Positions 28,179 to 32,000 of a DNA stretch of 32,000 bases are shown one piece after another (position 1 is the first letter of the stretch; the number at the start of each line of letters is the position of its first letter). The notes beneath the pieces are model-generated. The model was not told where the DNA came from. It worked only from the letters and a program-made list of their open reading frames with translations, and did no database searches. The position numbers were made by a program, and so were the translations under genes. Source of the DNA: Prochlorococcus marinus subsp. pastoris str. CCMP1986 (GTDB lineage Bacteria > Cyanobacteriota > Cyanobacteriia > PCC-6307 > Cyanobiaceae); assembly GCF_000011465.1 (NCBI RefSeq), contig NC_005072.1:150001-182000 (forward strand). The letters run 5' to 3'.

Positions 28179-29989
28179 TACATTCTCTCTAAGGTTTCAA
28201 TTCCAAGAAGCTCTAAACTTAATTTTAAAGTCTTTTCAGTTAAAGCACATAATGTAAGTCTTGAAATCTTTGTATCTATTTCTCCCTTAAGAATAGGAAC
28301 TTGATCATAAAATCTATTAAAAGTCTTACATAATTCAAACAGATAATTACATAGTCTATTTGGCATTAAGTCTTTTTCTATCGAAATAATAACTTCATCA
28401 AATTTAAGTAATTTCCTTATAAGCTTCCACTCTAAATCATGGCTATAGGAAATAGATTCCAAATTTATTGCCTCTTCAGTCATATTATTTTTTCTATTAA
28501 TTCCTGAAATTCTTACAAGTGTATACAAAAGATAAGGCGCCGTATTTCCATTAAGAGAAAGCATTTTTTCAAAACTAAATTGATAATTTGTGATTCTATT
28601 TTGGCTTAAATCAGCATATTTTACTGCTCCGATTCCAATAACTTTTGAAGTATTTAAAACAAAATCATCATTTTCAAAACGACTTTCGTTCTCTAATCTT
28701 TTTAATAGATCTTCTTTTGCTCTTTTAACTGACTCTGATAATAAATCTTTGAGTTTTATGGTATCTCCCTCTCTTGTTTTAAGTTTTTTGCCATCAATTC
28801 CTTGTACTAGCCCAAATGGGACGTGATTTACTTCACAATCTTTAGGGATCCAATTAGCTCTTTTTGCAACTTGAAAAACTCCTGCAAAATGATTGGATTG
28901 TCCATGATCTGTTACATAAATAATTCTAGCTGCATTATCGCCATAAGGTTCCTTAGTAAATCGATATCTTAGAGCAGCAAGATCAGTAGTTGCATAATTG
29001 AACCCACCGTCTTTTTTCTGAATAATAAGTGGTAATGGATTACCTTCTTTATTAGTCATGCCATCAAGAAAAACACATTTTGCGCCTTGATCTTCTATTA
29101 AAATTTTCTTGTAATTTAAATCCTCAATTATTGATTTTAAAAACGGATTATAAAAGGATTCTCCTCTTTCCTTAATTTTTATGTTCAATGTTTTATAGAT
29201 TTGATCAAACTCTTTTCTTGATTGATTACATAATAATTTCCATGCTTCAATTGATTTTTTATCTCCACTTTGTAATTGAACAACCTCTTCTCTTGATCTC
29301 TTTTGAAATTCTGTTTCATTATCAAATCTTTTTTTTGAAGCTTTATAGAATTCAACTAAATCACTAATTTTTATTCTATCGATTTCTTTAAGATCACTTG
29401 AATATAAATCTTTAAGCTGTGTAATAAGCATTCCAAATTGTGTACCCCAATCTCCAATGTGATTTAGTCTTAAAACGATATATCCTCTAAATTCGAAAAT
29501 TTTTGAGATCGAATCTCCTATAATTGTTGATCTTAGATGACCCACATGCATTTCTTTAGCAATATTAGGACTTGAAAAATCTACGATAACTTTTTTTTTG
29601 GAATAAATATTATTTTTATGGGATAAAGGAACACCTGCTCTAGGGCATTTAATATTAGATTTTATTGCTTCAATCAAAACTTTATTTTTTAATTTTATAT
29701 TTATAAAACCTGGTCCCGCAATTTCTAAATTTTCACACAAATTAGATATCTTTTTATTTTCTTTGAGGGTCTCAATAAATGCAATAGCAATTTCTCTAGG
29801 GTTACTTTTATAAATCTTAGATAAAACCAGACATATATTACATTGATAATCACCAAACTCCTCTTTAGATGCTTGATTAATTAGATTTTTACGTATTTTT
29901 TCAAATTCTTCTTTCTTTTCATTTTTTATAAGACTTTCTAGAAGGGTTTCTTCAAAGCTTTTAGTTAATTCTTTAAAAATTGTCTGCAT
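28178..29989 (-). CDS. argS: Arginine--tRNA ligase
   Basis: 603 aa with [22 protein letters not shown] (HIGH region), a DALR-type anticodon-binding C-terminus and the terminal ERM. Confidence 0.97.
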
Positions 29990-30016
29990 GAATTATTAAA
30001 ATGCTATTCGAGTCAT

Positions 30017-30883
30017 TTAATTAATATAACGCATACTAAAATCAATCCAATTACTTTTAGTAATTGAAGAACTTGTTGAAATCAAATCAATTCCATCAAT
30101 TAAATAGTTACTAATGTTTATTGGATTAATTCCAGATACCTCTATGATTAAATCATTCCTAATTGTTCTAATAGAGTTATTTGTTGATAACTGTCTTAAT
30201 TCTTTAATGCCTTCTTTAAGTAATTCAGGATTAAATTCATCTAACAAAATACTATCTGCACCTGCTAAAACTGCATCTTTTGCTTGCTTCATATCTTCTG
30301 CTTCAATAATAATATGAGTTGTAAAGGGAGTATTTAATCTAATTTTTTCAACTGCATTTTTCAAGTTATCAGTCCATGCAATATGGTTTTCTTTAATCAT
30401 TGCAGCATCATATAATCCCATTCTATGATTAATACCACCACCACATTTAAAAGCATACTTTTCAAATATTCTTAAACCAGGAGTAGTTTTTCTTGTATCT
30501 GCTAAATTTATATTTGTACCTTTCAGAACATCTACAATATTTTTTGTATAAGTTGAGATTCCCGATAAATGCATTGAGATATTGAGACTTATTCTTTCGC
30601 TTGCTAAAAGACTTCTTGAAGGGCCATTTAGTTCAAGAAGCTTTTGATACTTCAAAAATTTTTCACCATCATTAATAAAAAAATTGTACTCTATCTTTTC
30701 GTCAATTTTTTTTAAAATTTCTTTTATTATTCCAACACCACAAAATATTCCTTCCTCTTTTGCTATCCAATGGGCTTTTCCTATTTTTTTGGTAATAGCA
30801 GAAGCTGTAAGATCACCTTTACCGATATCTTCTTCAATCCAACCATCAATAATTCTAGAAATATTTGGAGAGTATAAATCCAC
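30017..30883 (-). CDS. nadC: Nicotinate-nucleotide pyrophosphorylase (quinolinate phosphoribosyltransferase)
   Basis: DTRKTTPGLR, KYAFKCGGGINHRMGLYDAAMIKENH and ILLDEF motifs. Length is 288 aa. Confidence 0.95.
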   Translation of the reverse strand: MDLYSPNISRIIDGWIEEDIGKGDLTASAITKKIGKAHWIAKEEGIFCGVGIIKEILKKIDEKIEYNFFINDGEKFLKYQKLLELNGPSRSLLASERISLNISMHLSGISTYTKNIVDVLKGTNINLADTRKTTPGLRIFEKYAFKCGGGINHRMGLYDAAMIKENHIAWTDNLKNAVEKIRLNTPFTTHIIIEAEDMKQAKDAVLAGADSILLDEFNPELLKEGIKELRQLSTNNSIRTIRNDLIIEVSGINPINISNYLIDGIDLISTSSSITKSNWIDFSMRYIN

Positions 30884-30958
30884 TAAATTTGAATAAGATA
30901 AAAATTTTATTTTAACTTTTAAATTTTACTTTATACATTTATGTATTTTAATAAAAAT

Positions 30959-32000
30959 TTATTTACCTATACAAAATTTGGAAAAAATATTATTTAGTAG
31001 ATCTTCAGTTAATTCTTGACCTGTAATTCTAGATAAGTTTTTTATTCCATCTCTAACTTCAATTGATAATAAATCGAAAGGTAATTTATTAGCAATTATT
31101 GGATCAGTATCATTTAAATTTTTTAGGCAATCCGTTAGGTTTGATATTTGTCTTTCATTTAAAAAAATATCTATATTTTCAAATTCTTTTGATCCACATT
31201 TTTTAACTATCTTTTCGACTAGTTCTTTTTCGCCTTCATCATTTTTAATACTCATTAAAACAGAGTTCGATAAATTTTTTTTATTTACTTTTTTTGAATC
31301 AATTAAATCTTTTTTATTCCCCAAGATTGTAATCAATTTTTCTTGTGGAATTTTGCTTATGATTTTCTCATCATCCTTATTTAATCCTTCTTCAAGACTA
31401 TATAAATAGATTATATAGTCTGAGTTTTGAATCATTTCAAAGCTTTTATCAATTCCAATATTTTCTATATATTCATCGGTTTCTCTAATGCCAGCTGTAT
31501 CTATTATTTTTATTGGTATATCTTTTATAGTCAAATTCACTTCAATTATATCTCTAGTTGTTCCTGGAATACTAGTAACTATTGCTTTTTCTTTTTTTGA
31601 GAGAAGATTTAAAAGAGAACTTTTCCCGACATTGGTTTTGCCAATAAGAGCAATTGATATTCCATTATGAATATGCGCCCCCCTTTTTGAATTTTCTATA
31701 AGGATTTTTATTTTTTCTTTTATAATTTTAATATTTCTAGAAAAATCATTATAATTAAATTCTGAAAAATCTTCTTCAAAATCTACTCTTGCCTCTATTT
31801 CTGATAATTGCTCAATTAAATCATTTTTAATAATATCAATCTTTTTCTTTATTTCTCCCTTTACTCCATTAAAAGCTATTTCGGCTGATTTAAGATTTTT
31901 TGCATTAATCAATTGATTAATTGATTCTGCTTGAGTTAAATCTATTTTGCCATTAAGAAATGCTCTTTGACTAAATTCTCCTGGATTTGCAATCCTTACT
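30959..32000 (-). CDS. mnmE: tRNA modification GTPase MnmE (TrmE), 3' two thirds; the N-terminus lies beyond the window end
   Basis: G1 [13 protein letters not shown]3 DTAGIRE, G4 NKKD and the C-terminal CIGK motif. The frame stays open from 31912 to the window edge ([35 protein letters not shown]), so the TTG at 31912 in the ORF track is internal. Confidence 0.95.

Noticed and set aside
1-32000. A search for tRNA, rRNA, CRISPR arrays, long repeats, toxin-antitoxin pairs or defence-island-like gene sets.
   Set aside because: No spacer exceeds 98 nt, and none shows a cloverleaf-compatible sequence. I found no repeated spacer-repeat architecture. Every ORF longer than 100 aa has a housekeeping assignment, except for the 492-aa hypothetical protein, the CYTH-domain protein and the MBL-fold protein of unknown specific function. 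A computational repeat or tRNA scan (tRNAscan-SE, Infernal/Rfam) would be the definitive check.

Overview
This is a dense, AT-rich core-genome segment. By my tally only about 1.1 kb of 32 kb is non-coding, and the longest spacer is 98 nt. Gene content and order read like a high-light-adapted Prochlorococcus marinus chromosome; that assignment is an inference from composition and recognised gene order, not a database hit. I can support 39 protein-coding genes, almost all housekeeping. They include NDH-1 subunits (ndhA-I-G-E and ndhH), citrate synthase, trpB, cysC, purE, chlM, rsmH, a phylloquinone cluster (menF, menA-menC-menE and a DHNA-CoA thioesterase), gshB-grxC, prfB, ybeY, dgkA, trpG/pabA, hisC, argS, nadC and mnmE. 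I see no rRNA, tRNA, transposase, integrase, phage, CRISPR or defence-type genes, and no spacer is long enough to hide an unannotated gene. I therefore find no convincing novel multi-gene system here; the window looks like ordinary streamlined core genome. Points worth a second look: (1) prfB carries the classic +1 programmed frameshift (CTT TGA C at codon 26) and a TTG start, both missed by the ORF track. (2) All nine convergent gene junctions are overlapping or at most 15 nt apart, leaving no room for terminators. (3) NAD kinase and a CYTH-domain protein sit directly behind ndhAIGE with 10-nt and 0-nt junctions. (4) A stand-alone LuxR-type regulator overlaps a convergent small Cys-containing ORF by 38 nt, next to a 19-nt perfect palindrome. 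(5) A 492-aa ORF has about 19% GC. (6) A signal-peptide-bearing metallo-beta-lactamase-fold protein appears to have lost the HxHxDH motif. All of these carry moderate or low interest scores.
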